DNA of 64,000 nucleotides from Eubacteriales bacterium (lineage in GTDB: Bacteria; Bacillota; Clostridia; Oscillospirales; CAG-272). The stretch lies in contig JBGVEW010000035.1 of NCBI GenBank assembly GCA_045120465.1, positions 212 through 64,211 of the forward strand, written 5' to 3'. Below are positions 17,798 to 28,651 of this stretch, piece after piece. The notes beneath the pieces were generated by a model, which saw only the letters and a list, made by a program, of their open reading frames with translations, was not told the DNA's origin and searched no databases. The stretch's first letter is position 1. Every line of letters starts with the position of its first letter. Both the position numbers and the translations under genes were made by a program.

Positions 17798-17838
17798 GTT
17801 CTTTCTCCTTTATATCGATAGATGTGTTCGATTGAACG

Positions 17839-17866
17839 GGGCTGACTCCACAAAAGCCAGCCCCGT
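17839..17866. terminator. hairpin after the 39-kb minus-strand block (weak terminator candidate)
   Basis: ggggctg..(13-nt loop)..cagcccc at 17838-17864. The T-rich tail is on the + side only. Confidence 0.3.
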
Positions 17867-17880
17867 TTGATTGTTTGGAA

Positions 17881-20800
17881 TTAAGCAGCCTCGTTTTCGC
17901 TCTCGTCTTCAGCCAGCAAGGACTGTGCCTTTGCTACGTAGAAATCGTAGAGCTCCTGCAAATCTGCCATGGATGCCTTATCCTCATCGGATACAACGTC
18001 TGCGTAGAGTGCCTGCATCTCACTGAGAAGCTCTTCTACACCGGCGCGTCTGGCTTCATCCTTCAGCACCTCATATGCAAGGCACTTCTGTTCCAGCTCC
18101 AGCATCTTCATGCCGACCAGAGCAACCTTTTCGGTAAATGCCTCCACCAAAAATTCCGCAACTGCCGCATAGTAGATGCTGTAATCGCTTTCCATCAGAA
18201 CGAACAGAGTCTGCTCGTCCACGCTCAACGCCGCATAACCCTTCATGACCGTAAGTACTTGCTCGCGGTCAAAGATGGTTTCCGTGGATTCGGGATCGCT
18301 GAGCATATACGTCCAAAGAACGTTGTACGCCAGATTCTCAAAGGTCTTGAGGTTGGACTCCTGATAGGAATCGTAGATTCCAACATCCATAAATTTATTC
18401 AGTGCCTCTACGTAGATGCCGCGATAAACGTTCATCATGTACTCAAAGGTGTAGGTCAGCTTGATCTGCTCGGTCATACCGCTTCCGTCCTCGGAAACGT
18501 CACCGTTACCACTCTCAACATCCTGATACTTTACGAACAAAGGTTCGTAGTAATAGATATTGAGGATCTCAGGATCGTTGCTGGACAGAATCTTTTCCTC
18601 AAGCAACAAAGCACGCTCGCAAGCACTCAAGAGCAGGTTGTACATGTCAACCTGCTTCTCGGTAATGATCATGTAAGAAAGCTCGATGACCTGGATTGCC
18701 TCGTCAAGTGCCAAGAAAGTATCCATCCATTCGCCTTCGGGGGGCATAACGGGCTCCTCAACGTCGTATCTTGCGCTGATGGCCAGATACTTGTTGTAGG
18801 TACCTAACAGCTTTTGTTCAAAGGTCGCCTTGTCGATCGGGTTCATGCCATCGTATGCAGCCTGAACTTTGGCAAGACGCGCACGGAAGTCATCCAACCA
18901 CGTATCGGAGGAGAAACGCTGTGCGTAAAGCTCCATTGCGATCACCAGCTCATTATAAGCCTCCTGTGCAGCCTCGTCGATAAACAGACCTCTGTAGTAC
19001 TCGTGCAGAAGATGAACGAAGAGGCAGGTCATATCCTCGGAGAAGCCCTCCATCTCAAATACCGCGTCAAATGCAAGAGGCGGGATGTTCATGGAGTAGT
19101 AAGGATTGATCGCAGCGAGGAAGTTGAGCTGACGGGTAGGAGTCAGTGCCACGTACATGGCAAACATTTCCTCAATTGCCGTCTTGTACTCATTGGACTC
19201 TCTGTAGGTCTCCTGCGTCATAATGTTGAACAGGATCTCCATGTAGTGATCCATCAACGCTTCATACTCGGGAAGATCCAAAAGCGCGCCGGAGTAGGTA
19301 TAGAAGCCGCCCTCGGTCGTGCGCAGATACTCGAGCATATCGTCAAAGTAGAAGGGGGTGCTGGGGTCAAGTCCCATCCAAACGTTAACGGGAAGGATCG
19401 CGTAAAGCTCTCGAACCATTGCGTTATCGCCGGAAAGGATCTCCTCTGCGGTGCGAAGTGCCATGTAGTAGTTGAAGAAGAAGTTGGAGGTATCCAACGT
19501 TTCAAAATTGGCAACGGCATCGATCTGCTCCAGTGCCAGGGTAATGTAGGATGCCAGCTCCTCAAACGCTACGGGCAGGTGTACGCTTGCAAGATTTGCA
19601 AGTGCCTCGTCGTTATCTACGAAATAGTAGTAGGAGTAAAGGATCTCGAACGCATCGTCCGCCTCACGCCACGTGGAAATGTGGTAGTAGATCTCGCTCA
19701 GAGAACCGTCTGCATATTCGCTTGCAAAAATGAAGTTGTAAGCCGCCTCGATCTCGGTGGCGTAGGTCGAAATACCAACCTCGTTCCAATCTGCCGGGAT
19801 CTCCTCAAAGAGCTCGTGCAGATCCAGCATATAGCGGAAGATCTCTGCCAGACTCTCGTAGATCTCCACGTCCAGAAGAGCAAACTCGCCAAAGGTGATG
19901 CCGGTGGTGAGCTCCTGCTTTTCAAACGCCGTAATGATCTTGGAAACCAGAGGAGTCATCGTATAGAGTACGTTGTCATCATCCTCAAGAACCTCGATTG
20001 CCGCTTCCATCGCCTCGGGAGTACGGCAATTGAATACCAAACCGCCCTCTGCAACCGTAAATGCATCGTCGAGAGCGATGATCTCGTCTTCGATCCGGCT
20101 CATACCGTAGGAGAACGCCGCACGTGCAACCGCCAAGCGTTCCTCGGTGGTGATAAACTGCGTTTCTGCCGGTGCCATATCGAGATACATCTCCATCAGC
20201 TCCAGAGCCTTTTCGCCAAGCTCCTCGGAAATCTCGGGCCACTCCTCAAGAGCGTTCTCCCAATTGATATCCGCAAACGCTGCCGACTCATCCTTAAAGA
20301 GGGAGATGTCGGTGTAGGTGAGCTTGACGGTAAAGGGATACTCCTTGCCATCAAATTTGACGGTCAGAGTCTGATCCTTTTTGGGATTGTCCTTGGTAAC
20401 CACGGAAAGATCAAATCCGGTAACCTCCACTGCCGCATCGGTCAGGGGAACGTCCTTTTCCAAAGCTCCGTTGTTTGCCTTCAGGGTCAAGTAACCGCCG
20501 GCAAGATCAAGACCGTTTGCGTGGCTATCGTAAGCGATCTTGTTGGGAGCGTGCAATTTTACTTCTTCAACCTCAAAAATCGTTACCTTAAAGGTGCAGC
20601 TGTAGGTCTCGCTGTCGGTCTCGTAGGTTGCGGTAACGGTGCAATCGCCCGCATTGTCGGAATCAAAGCCCTCGAGCTTTACCTTTTCGTTGTTGAGAAT
20701 AACGGTATAGGAAGAACCGTCGTCGCGGGTGATCTTCAAGCGTCCCTTGCCAAGATCCAATTCGTCACCTACAAAATAGTCGGTTACAAATTCAATCGCC

Positions 20801-21135
20801 TGCATTCTTTCTACCACGTTTACCGTGATTTCAACAGACTTACCGCCATAGGTCAAGGTAACCTTTTGGTCACCCGTTTTGCTCTTATCGTAGCCCGAAA
20901 CGGAAACGCCCGCATCGCTCATGGGAACCTCTTTGGTCTCTCCGTTTTGCACGACCTTCAATACACCGTTGGAAAGATCGAGATCGTTACCAACGATATA
21001 CATCAATTGGGGCATATCCTTGACCTCAAGGGTCAGGTCGCCACTCGCTTCCGGCTCGTCACCACAGGAGACCGCAGCAAACGCCAAAACGGCCACCATC
21101 AAAAGCAGGAGCGCGAAGGTACTGAATTTTTTCAT
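17881..21135 (-). CDS. lipoprotein with three N-terminal bacterial Ig-like (Big_3-type) domains and a ~800-aa acidic helical region
   Basis: Lipobox in MKKFSTFALLLLMVAVLAFAAVSCG. Three ~75-aa repeats follow the pattern (..GxxLDLxxGxLxV..G....V.....V.V.GxD....G...VT..Y...). GGAGG lies upstream of the ATG at 21135. Confidence 0.75.
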   Translation of the reverse strand: MKKFSTFALLLLMVAVLAFAAVSCGDEPEASGDLTLEVKDMPQLMYIVGNDLDLSNGVLKVVQNGETKEVPMSDAGVSVSGYDKSKTGDQKVTLTYGGKSVEITVNVVERMQAIEFVTDYFVGDELDLGKGRLKITRDDGSSYTVILNNEKVKLEGFDSDNAGDCTVTATYETDSETYSCTFKVTIFEVEEVKLHAPNKIAYDSHANGLDLAGGYLTLKANNGALEKDVPLTDAAVEVTGFDLSVVTKDNPKKDQTLTVKFDGKEYPFTVKLTYTDISLFKDESAAFADINWENALEEWPEISEELGEKALELMEMYLDMAPAETQFITTEERLAVARAAFSYGMSRIEDEIIALDDAFTVAEGGLVFNCRTPEAMEAAIEVLEDDDNVLYTMTPLVSKIITAFEKQELTTGITFGEFALLDVEIYESLAEIFRYMLDLHELFEEIPADWNEVGISTYATEIEAAYNFIFASEYADGSLSEIYYHISTWREADDAFEILYSYYYFVDNDEALANLASVHLPVAFEELASYITLALEQIDAVANFETLDTSNFFFNYYMALRTAEEILSGDNAMVRELYAILPVNVWMGLDPSTPFYFDDMLEYLRTTEGGFYTYSGALLDLPEYEALMDHYMEILFNIMTQETYRESNEYKTAIEEMFAMYVALTPTRQLNFLAAINPYYSMNIPPLAFDAVFEMEGFSEDMTCLFVHLLHEYYRGLFIDEAAQEAYNELVIAMELYAQRFSSDTWLDDFRARLAKVQAAYDGMNPIDKATFEQKLLGTYNKYLAISARYDVEEPVMPPEGEWMDTFLALDEAIQVIELSYMIITEKQVDMYNLLLSACERALLLEEKILSSNDPEILNIYYYEPLFVKYQDVESGNGDVSEDGSGMTEQIKLTYTFEYMMNVYRGIYVEALNKFMDVGIYDSYQESNLKTFENLAYNVLWTYMLSDPESTETIFDREQVLTVMKGYAALSVDEQTLFVLMESDYSIYYAAVAEFLVEAFTEKVALVGMKMLELEQKCLAYEVLKDEARRAGVEELLSEMQALYADVVSDEDKASMADLQELYDFYVAKAQSLLAEDESENEAA

Positions 21136-21153
21136 CGTTCAAATTCCTCCATA

Positions 21154-23943
21154 TTATTTGTTTTCATTGTTTTCAACGGTTTCCGTCCAAATCGCATACA
21201 GCTTTCTGCCGTCGGTTGCCTCGGTCAGCTTATCGGTTTGATAAGTTGCCTTGGTTGCCGCTGCGTTGGTGTCCCAACCGATGCAGGTATAGCCGTGACG
21301 CACGGGATTGGAAATCTTGTTACTGGTATTACGGTTGGTAATGCTCGTTGCCGACTTTTCAAAATACAAAACGTAGTCGCCATCCTCGGACAACGTGCAG
21401 TTCCACACAGCGGGACGGTAGGAGGAGTTCCAGAGAGGATCCCAATTTTCACCTGCCTTGTCGCTGACACAGAAGAAGGTCAACTCCGGACACCCGTAAA
21501 AGGCGTGTGCCGCAAGATTGACAAGACTTTCGGGCAGAATAACCGCCGTTAATCCCTTGCAATTGCGGAATGCCTGTCTGCCAATGCTCTCGATCGTTGT
21601 GGGAAGCACCAGCTCTTTAACAGGGCGGCAACCGTAAAAGGCAAAATTGCCAATTTCTTTTACGCCCTTCCCAAGCGTCAAGGTTTCGAGTGCCTCGCAC
21701 TTGTAAAACGCGTAGTTTCCAATGGTCGTAACACTATCGGAAATCGTAACAACCTTCAATTCGGGGCACTTATAAAATGCCTTTTCGCCAATGGTCTTAA
21801 CGCTCTTGCCAAAGGTAACCGTTTCCAAAACGGGACATCTGTAGAACGCTTTTTCGCCAACGGACTCCAAGCCATCCCCCATGATCACGCGCTTGAGGGA
21901 AGCGAAATTATAGAATGCGCTTCTGCCGATGGTCTTGACGCCGTTTCCGATACGGATCTCGTCGATACCGTACACCGTAAGGGTCATATCCTCGTCCATC
22001 TCGTACAAGCCGCTACCGTAAAAAGCGTAATCGCCGATGCTGACCACGCTGTCGGGAATGACGAGAACGTCCTGATCGCCATCCATCATGTCCTCACCCA
22101 TATAGATGGTACCGCACTTGTAGAAAGCGGAACGACCAATGCTCTTGAGCAGAGGAGGAAGCGTAAAGAGGGACAGATTGTTACATTGATAGAAGGTGTA
22201 ATCCTCGATGACCTCAAGGGTATCGGGAAGAACGACCGACGTCAAGCCACCGCAATCGTAGAACGCAGAGCGTCCCACGTATTTTACGGTATTGGGCATT
22301 GTAATTGAGGAAAGACCGTCGCATCGGTAGAACGCATAGTTTGCGATTCCCGCAGTACCGTCACGAACCTCAATGTCGCCCGTCAGTCCTTCGGTAAAAT
22401 CGACGATCCAGTTGCCTGCGTAAACCACGCCGCCCTCGGTATTCTTAAAGATACCGGAATTGCGGAATGCGTAAGAACCGATCGTTTGCACGCGGTCGGG
22501 GATCTCGATCTCTTTGAGCGATTCGCAATCGCGGAACGCGTAAGAGCCGATGACCTTTAAATTACTTGCCGTAATTTTGCCCGCATCCCAATCGTAAGAG
22601 CCAAGATATACGGCTTGAAGCTCCTTACATCCGACGAACGCCTGTTCGCCGATTTCCTCCACGCCGCTGCCGATAATGATACGCAAAAGCGCAGAAGCCC
22701 CCGCAAACGCCGCTTCACCGATATACTTCACACTATCGGGCAGCTCTACGTCCGCCAAATAGATGTTGCGATAAAATGCAAAGCTTCCGATACCAATGGT
22801 ATCAGGCTTCAGGGGCTGAGGCTGAATGGAAACGTCCTTCAATCCCAAGAACCACTTGCCTACGTAAACCTCGTTTTCCGCGGTGTTATTCCAAAGAGCG
22901 GTCTCCTGGAATGCACCGAGCGCAACGTTTCGGATGCCGGATCCCAAGGTGACGTTTTGCAGTGCCGCGCACTGGTAGAACGCGCCCTCACCGATCGACC
23001 AAAGCGTCTCGGGGAAGGTAACCGCGCTCAAAGCACTCGCTTCGGAGAACGCATACGGGCCGATCTCCAAAAGATTTGCGCCAAAGGTCACGGTTTTGAG
23101 TCCTGCGCATCCCGTAAACGCGTATTCACCGATCGAAACCAGTGCATCCGGAAGGTTCATGACTGTCAGTCCTGCGCAATCCGCAAATGCGTTTTCGGCA
23201 ATCGACGTAACCGCATCCCCCAAGCGGACCTCGGTCAGCTTGGCACAATACGCAAAGGTATTGGGCTGAATCACGGTAACGCCCGCGGGAACGGTGAGCA
23301 CGCCCTCCAAAAGACGGCAGCTTGCAAACGCGCTTTCTCCGATCGCGGTCAAATTTTTGGGGAACTGAACCGACTTCAGATACGAGCAATTTGCAAACGC
23401 AAACTTGCCGATCTCGGTCACGTTTTCACCGATCGTTACGCTGGTAACGTCACCCTTATTGAAGAATGCCTTGTCACCGATGCGGATAACGGGCTTGTTG
23501 CGGTAGGTCGCAGGGATCACGATGTCCCCTGTTGCAATTCCCTTGGAGCTGACCTCGTAAGCGTTTCCGTTATCGATCAAAGTAAACGCCATTCCCGGCT
23601 CACGCTCGCGGATAAAGGTTTTGGCTTCCGACCAAGGGGAATCCAACAGTTCCTCGCCTTTGCCGTTCGCCTTAACGGACACCTTGTACGTGCCCTCCGC
23701 CAGAAAAGCAAGATCATACTGCGTCTTGCTTGTGACGAATTCCTGCGCCTCTTTACCGTCCGCCTCAATGCGAACGGTATAGAGAAGCGCGTCCTTGACC
23801 TTGCCCCATGAATACGTAAGTGTCGTGGTATCGATCTCCGTACGCTCGGGAGTAGCGAGCGCAGGGGTCGTTTCACAGGCACAGAGCGTCATCATAAATA
23901 CAAGGGTTAAAATCAATATGATGTGCAAACGAATTGCTTTCAT
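21154..23943 (-). CDS. BspA-type leucine-rich-repeat (LRR_5) lipoprotein with a C-terminal InlB-B/Listeria-Bacteroides repeat
   Basis: Lipobox in ..VFMMTLCAC. Dozens of ~23-aa repeats follow the pattern (V..IG..AF..C..L..V.LP). The C-terminus reads HGYTCIGWDTNAAATKATYQTDKLTEATDGRKLYAIW. Confidence 0.85.
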   Translation of the reverse strand: MKAIRLHIILILTLVFMMTLCACETTPALATPERTEIDTTTLTYSWGKVKDALLYTVRIEADGKEAQEFVTSKTQYDLAFLAEGTYKVSVKANGKGEELLDSPWSEAKTFIREREPGMAFTLIDNGNAYEVSSKGIATGDIVIPATYRNKPVIRIGDKAFFNKGDVTSVTIGENVTEIGKFAFANCSYLKSVQFPKNLTAIGESAFASCRLLEGVLTVPAGVTVIQPNTFAYCAKLTEVRLGDAVTSIAENAFADCAGLTVMNLPDALVSIGEYAFTGCAGLKTVTFGANLLEIGPYAFSEASALSAVTFPETLWSIGEGAFYQCAALQNVTLGSGIRNVALGAFQETALWNNTAENEVYVGKWFLGLKDVSIQPQPLKPDTIGIGSFAFYRNIYLADVELPDSVKYIGEAAFAGASALLRIIIGSGVEEIGEQAFVGCKELQAVYLGSYDWDAGKITASNLKVIGSYAFRDCESLKEIEIPDRVQTIGSYAFRNSGIFKNTEGGVVYAGNWIVDFTEGLTGDIEVRDGTAGIANYAFYRCDGLSSITMPNTVKYVGRSAFYDCGGLTSVVLPDTLEVIEDYTFYQCNNLSLFTLPPLLKSIGRSAFYKCGTIYMGEDMMDGDQDVLVIPDSVVSIGDYAFYGSGLYEMDEDMTLTVYGIDEIRIGNGVKTIGRSAFYNFASLKRVIMGDGLESVGEKAFYRCPVLETVTFGKSVKTIGEKAFYKCPELKVVTISDSVTTIGNYAFYKCEALETLTLGKGVKEIGNFAFYGCRPVKELVLPTTIESIGRQAFRNCKGLTAVILPESLVNLAAHAFYGCPELTFFCVSDKAGENWDPLWNSSYRPAVWNCTLSEDGDYVLYFEKSATSITNRNTSNKISNPVRHGYTCIGWDTNAAATKATYQTDKLTEATDGRKLYAIWTETVENNENK

Positions 23944-23979
23944 CCGTTGCTCCTTTCAGACTACTGCTTGCATCACGCG

Positions 23980-26736
23980 TTACTTGCCCGACTCCGTTGT
24001 ACGAAGCTTGGCAGCAGCTGCGTCCGCTTTTTTCTGCTTGTGCTCTCTGATCAGCTCATGCGGCCACTTGAACTTGAACTTACGCACGGCAATGTCCAAG
24101 AGGAAGAGCACGATGGCCAAGATCAAAAGCGGGATACGGGGATCGTATTCCCTCTTTAACGTTTTTTCGAGATTTTGGAATACGTCCGCAGGGTCGTTGA
24201 TGATAAGTCCTCTGCCGTCGTTTGCCAACAGGGTCATCAGCTCCTCGCCCAAGGGAGTGCGCGTCGGGAACGCGTTATACTCCTCGGAATAGGAAAAGGT
24301 CTTGTAGAAGGACGTATCCGAAAGAAGCACGCCGTTTTCGTCGAACTTCTCGATCGTGACCTCGTAAAGTCCCGCATCCTTGATCTCAAACGAGAATCTG
24401 CGGTTGCCCTCCTGTGCCTTTACGGGAATGCCGCGATTGGCAAGCTCCGCCAAGGAAGCAGACAGAGGCTTTACGGAGACCTCGATACGATGATTTTCAT
24501 CCAGATTGTAAATATTGAGCTGCGTGGTGTAGTTGTCGGTCTTAACGGAATAGTCAAATCCGCCAACCTGTACGTCCTCCTTCGGGAAGATCGAGCGGAC
24601 GATGTTGGTAACGATCGCCTTACCGATCAGGTCCTCAACAAACGTACCCGACCACTCACCGTTCAGGTCACACATAAAGCTACCCACGTTACCCGCGCCG
24701 TATTTCCAATGTGCATAGATCGGAACGTATTTGCCCATCAGGGTAACGACTGCATCCTTTTTGGCAACCGTACCGTAGTAACCGGTCAGAGGCGGGATCG
24801 CATTTTGCGCAATACCTGCCACAACGGTGGTATGCTCCTTAATCTGAGGAATAAACTCCTCACCGTAAGCGATCTCGGGGATCGCTTCCAGTGCCAGATC
24901 CTGCTGCATGACCGTAGGAATGGTCTGGAGCTGGGACTGTGCAACGTTGTAGAACTTACCGCCGCCAAGGGTTGCAAGCTCGGTCATCTTTTCGCGCTTG
25001 CCCGCATCGATATCACCAACCGTAACAACGGACATGGTAATGCCCTTTGCCACGTTGATATCCGTAAAGTCCAGATAACCGACTCCGTCCTCGGTTCTTG
25101 CTTCGTCTCCGGGGTCACCGTCGGATACGATGATAATATGCTTACGCTCGACGTTGGTAATTGCCGAAAGTGCAAGTCCCGCACCCTCGATTGCCTTTGC
25201 GAAGATGGTACCGCCGCTTGCCTCGGTATTGTCGTCCACAGCTCGGATCGCTTCGCGGATCTCATCCCTGCGGGAAACCGGAAGAATCTGCAAGTTTTCG
25301 GTCGCCGCCTCGCTAAAGGAATAGACACCGCAGAAATCACGGTCGCTCAAGGTATCCAGACACGCTTCGGCACCCTCAATCGCCGCGGGAAGCTTACCCA
25401 TGCTCATAGAGCCAGAAGTATCCACAACGATCATCAATGCGATAGGAGGAGTAAAATCCACGGCGTTGATGGGAAGCATCTGCTTGTAGTAAGTGGATTT
25501 TTCCAGATCCACGCGGTTGTATGCGTGGGGCACCAGCGTTCCGTTGACCAGTTCGTTTTTACCGCCCACGGTAAACAAACCGCCGCCAAGGCTGTAAACG
25601 TACTCATTGAGCAGTTCCTCAAAGCCTGCGGGCATATCGCTGTAGGCAATGTTTGCCAAAATGACCTGTTCGTACTCTGCCATCTCCTGAAGCGTACGCG
25701 GGAACATATCCAGCTCCTTTTCCACGCTGAAGGAGGTAACCTTAAAGTTTTCGTTCAGAATTTCCTGAAGCTTTTGCGTCTCGTTTTCATAACGCTCAAG
25801 CAACAGAACGTTTTCGAATTCCTCCAGATTGATGAAGGAATGGTATGCGTTATTCTTGCTTTCGGTATCCTTGGGATGCGCGATCTCAAAGCGAAGCTCG
25901 TGCATACCTCTGGACTCCAGCAGGATGTTTATGGGAACGGTCTGCTCCTCCTGCGAAACGGTGATGGCGGTCGTTCCCAGCTTTTCACCGTTATCGTACA
26001 GGCTCAGCTCCAAATTCTGTTCACCCTTGCCGAAATTGCTTTTCAAAGTCACTTCCGCGGTAAACGCCTCACCGGGAATGACGTGTTGATCGGGCATCTT
26101 AACCGACAGGATCTGCATCTCCTCGGATTCGTTATTGGGATAGTAAACCGTATCCACCATAATGCCGTCGGCGGCAATTCCCTTGATCACGGCGGTAGCC
26201 GCTTGATCGGTTTCGATACCGTCCGAGATCAAAACGATCTTGGCGGATTCGGAATTGGTAAAGAGGCTTGCCGTGTACTCCAAGGCGGTAGCCAGATCGG
26301 TTGCCGTGGTATCGGGATCCTTGGAGGTCAAATAATTTTCATATGCATTCGTGGGGTCGTCCGTCAATTCGGCAACGTAGCTGCAGCCGTATCCGAATTT
26401 GACCACACCGACCTTGTAGTCGGTTCCGCAAATATTGATTACCGTTTGTACGAAATCATCCTTGTCCGCGCGAGTTCCCTCGGAGCTATCCGAAACGTCA
26501 ACCAGCAAAAGGATCTCGTTTTTCGCATTCGGAATCTCGTAGCGGAAGGAAATACCCGCCAAAAGGTTGATCGCAATGACCATAGCAATGCTGTGCAATA
26601 CCATGGAAACGATGCGGTTTCTGGTGCGGCGGTATTTTTTGTTCATCAAAAAATACGGAAGCAGCGTCAGAAGAATCGCCGGAATGATCAACAGCAACAG
26701 CCACGGATGAGTATAATTCAGTTGTAAATTCAGCAT
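23980..26736 (-). CDS. membrane protein with two von Willebrand factor A domains (BatB-like)
   Basis: N-terminal TM helices. MIDAS motifs are LLVDVSDSS and VVDTSGSM. The C-terminal TM anchor is IPLLILAIVLFLLDIAV. AGGAG lies upstream of the ATG at 26736. Confidence 0.85.
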   Translation of the reverse strand: MLNLQLNYTHPWLLLLIIPAILLTLLPYFLMNKKYRRTRNRIVSMVLHSIAMVIAINLLAGISFRYEIPNAKNEILLLVDVSDSSEGTRADKDDFVQTVINICGTDYKVGVVKFGYGCSYVAELTDDPTNAYENYLTSKDPDTTATDLATALEYTASLFTNSESAKIVLISDGIETDQAATAVIKGIAADGIMVDTVYYPNNESEEMQILSVKMPDQHVIPGEAFTAEVTLKSNFGKGEQNLELSLYDNGEKLGTTAITVSQEEQTVPINILLESRGMHELRFEIAHPKDTESKNNAYHSFINLEEFENVLLLERYENETQKLQEILNENFKVTSFSVEKELDMFPRTLQEMAEYEQVILANIAYSDMPAGFEELLNEYVYSLGGGLFTVGGKNELVNGTLVPHAYNRVDLEKSTYYKQMLPINAVDFTPPIALMIVVDTSGSMSMGKLPAAIEGAEACLDTLSDRDFCGVYSFSEAATENLQILPVSRRDEIREAIRAVDDNTEASGGTIFAKAIEGAGLALSAITNVERKHIIIVSDGDPGDEARTEDGVGYLDFTDINVAKGITMSVVTVGDIDAGKREKMTELATLGGGKFYNVAQSQLQTIPTVMQQDLALEAIPEIAYGEEFIPQIKEHTTVVAGIAQNAIPPLTGYYGTVAKKDAVVTLMGKYVPIYAHWKYGAGNVGSFMCDLNGEWSGTFVEDLIGKAIVTNIVRSIFPKEDVQVGGFDYSVKTDNYTTQLNIYNLDENHRIEVSVKPLSASLAELANRGIPVKAQEGNRRFSFEIKDAGLYEVTIEKFDENGVLLSDTSFYKTFSYSEEYNAFPTRTPLGEELMTLLANDGRGLIINDPADVFQNLEKTLKREYDPRIPLLILAIVLFLLDIAVRKFKFKWPHELIREHKQKKADAAAAKLRTTESGK

Positions 26737-26752
26737 CTTGTGTCAGCTCCTG

Positions 26753-28651
26753 TCAATAATTCTGTTTCGTTTGCAACGCCCACTCGGCAAACATCAAGGT
26801 TACCAGCGCGATCGCAAAATAGAAGAGCAGATCCTCAAATTCGATCTCGACCACGGTTTCCACGCTCATCATGGGAAGCGCGTCAACCTGCTTGGTAACG
26901 TTGCTTTCATAAGCGGGGATCGTTACAAAGAAGTTTTCGGTAATGAGCGCGTCCCCCTTCATCGTCTTCTGCGTTGCGGTATAGGTGCCGGGGCGCGTCA
27001 GCTTCAATTCCCCTACCGCATTCTCAAACAGGATCTCCTCACCGTTTCCTTCTACCTTCAGATCGGTTCCGCGTCCCGTCAGGGTTACGGTGTCACCGAT
27101 CTCAAAGGAGTTGGAGGTGAGCGTTCGGGGAATGAAATAATTGAACATATTGAACATCATAAACGAGAAATCGGGAATTGCACACAGGTTGGAATAGTTC
27201 AGGTCGAACGCCCAAACCACAACCTTTGCCCCTTGCTCATTCTTAACAAGGATCATCGGCTTACCGTTGTAGTACGCCAATTCCTCATATCCGTCACTCG
27301 AAATGATCTCTCGGTACTTTGCAATGGTGATTCGAGAGGAGTCCACGTAAGTCATCAAATTGTGAGGCGCACCCGTTGCCAGGGTCGTATCGCTCTTTAC
27401 GGGAACCGCTTCACCGATACGAAGACCCGAACCGTCGGGACCCTTGTCGGGGTCCACCAGAAGCACAACGCCGTCGGTGGGCATCACGTCGGGCATACGG
27501 TGCTCAAAGATGTAAAAATCAAAGCCTTCGGTTTCTACCGCCTCACCGTACGTACGCTGCACAAACTCAATGTTCCATGCGTTTTTCATTGTCTGACGCA
27601 TCGTGCGCACCATACCTGCGAAATAGTTGTTCGGGATCGAGCTCGAATACTGAACGCGGATGGTGGGCTTGGTTCCTCCGTAAAGGAAGAAGATGTTGTC
27701 ATCAACAAAGGAATCGTCAACCGAAATATAGAGCTCCAGATAATCGAAGGAATACAGTGCCTCACCGCCCATATCGTCGGTATTGAAACTGATGACCTTC
27801 TCTTCCTCTGCGGGATCGAAAAATTCGGTTCTCGTCAGCGTTTTGGAAGCCTGCGCGTTTCCGTTTACGCCGTGGATCTCACAGGTAACGGTTACCGTTT
27901 CGGTTCTGCCGTAGCAGCCGAGCTCCACGTTGATCTCGTAGTGGTTGTTCTCGTTCATTTCTGCCGTACAACCGAGAATTGCCGCGTTCCATTCGCCCGC
28001 CTCTGCCACGTTTTGAACCAAAATCTCATTCTTTTCAACGTATTCGGTTGCCGTAAAGAGGTGAACCTGTGCCTCATTGTTAAAGTTCAGCACGCTTTCG
28101 GACAATGCGACAGCCCCCTTGATGTCTGCCGAGCTGTAGGTACACTGCGTACCATCCGCCAACAGCGCATCAAACGCTGCGTTGATCGCATCCGTTTGTG
28201 AGGAGCCTGCTCGCTGGAACAGGAACTCGGAGTTGTCGTCCGCCAAAATGACCGACACGAGTCCTCCATCCTCCAAGGTGCCAAGCACCAATGCGCGTGC
28301 TTCGTCAACTGCGCGCTCAAAGCGCGTGCTGGCGCCGTTGGTAAGGCGCATACTTGCGGAGGCGTCGATGATGATGACCTTTTCATTTTCGTCACCGATC
28401 TTTTCATGCATCAACACGGGCTGTGCCAAAAGCAGTGCGCAGATGGTCAGAATCAGCACCTGGCACAAAAACAGCAGGATGTTTTGCAAACGGTTGATCG
28501 GCAACCGCTTTTTTCTGTATTTCAGACTCAATCTCCAGACAAAGGTACTGGAGATCATTTTTTGCTGATAATTAGGCTTGATGATATAAATGATGATCAG
28601 AGCAATTATACCGAGCAAACCCAAAAATCCTAACGGTGCTAACCAACTCAT
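26753..28651 (-). CDS. BatA-like protein (aerotolerance-regulator N-terminal domain plus VWA)
   Basis: The N-terminus MSWLAPLGFLGLLGIIALIIIYIIKP is characteristic of BatA_N. It has the VWA MIDAS motif IIDASASM and a C-terminal TM helix. Its start overlaps the DUF58 stop by 4 nt (ATGA). Confidence 0.85.
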   Translation of the reverse strand: MSWLAPLGFLGLLGIIALIIIYIIKPNYQQKMISSTFVWRLSLKYRKKRLPINRLQNILLFLCQVLILTICALLLAQPVLMHEKIGDENEKVIIIDASASMRLTNGASTRFERAVDEARALVLGTLEDGGLVSVILADDNSEFLFQRAGSSQTDAINAAFDALLADGTQCTYSSADIKGAVALSESVLNFNNEAQVHLFTATEYVEKNEILVQNVAEAGEWNAAILGCTAEMNENNHYEINVELGCYGRTETVTVTCEIHGVNGNAQASKTLTRTEFFDPAEEEKVISFNTDDMGGEALYSFDYLELYISVDDSFVDDNIFFLYGGTKPTIRVQYSSSIPNNYFAGMVRTMRQTMKNAWNIEFVQRTYGEAVETEGFDFYIFEHRMPDVMPTDGVVLLVDPDKGPDGSGLRIGEAVPVKSDTTLATGAPHNLMTYVDSSRITIAKYREIISSDGYEELAYYNGKPMILVKNEQGAKVVVWAFDLNYSNLCAIPDFSFMMFNMFNYFIPRTLTSNSFEIGDTVTLTGRGTDLKVEGNGEEILFENAVGELKLTRPGTYTATQKTMKGDALITENFFVTIPAYESNVTKQVDALPMMSVETVVEIEFEDLLFYFAIALVTLMFAEWALQTKQNY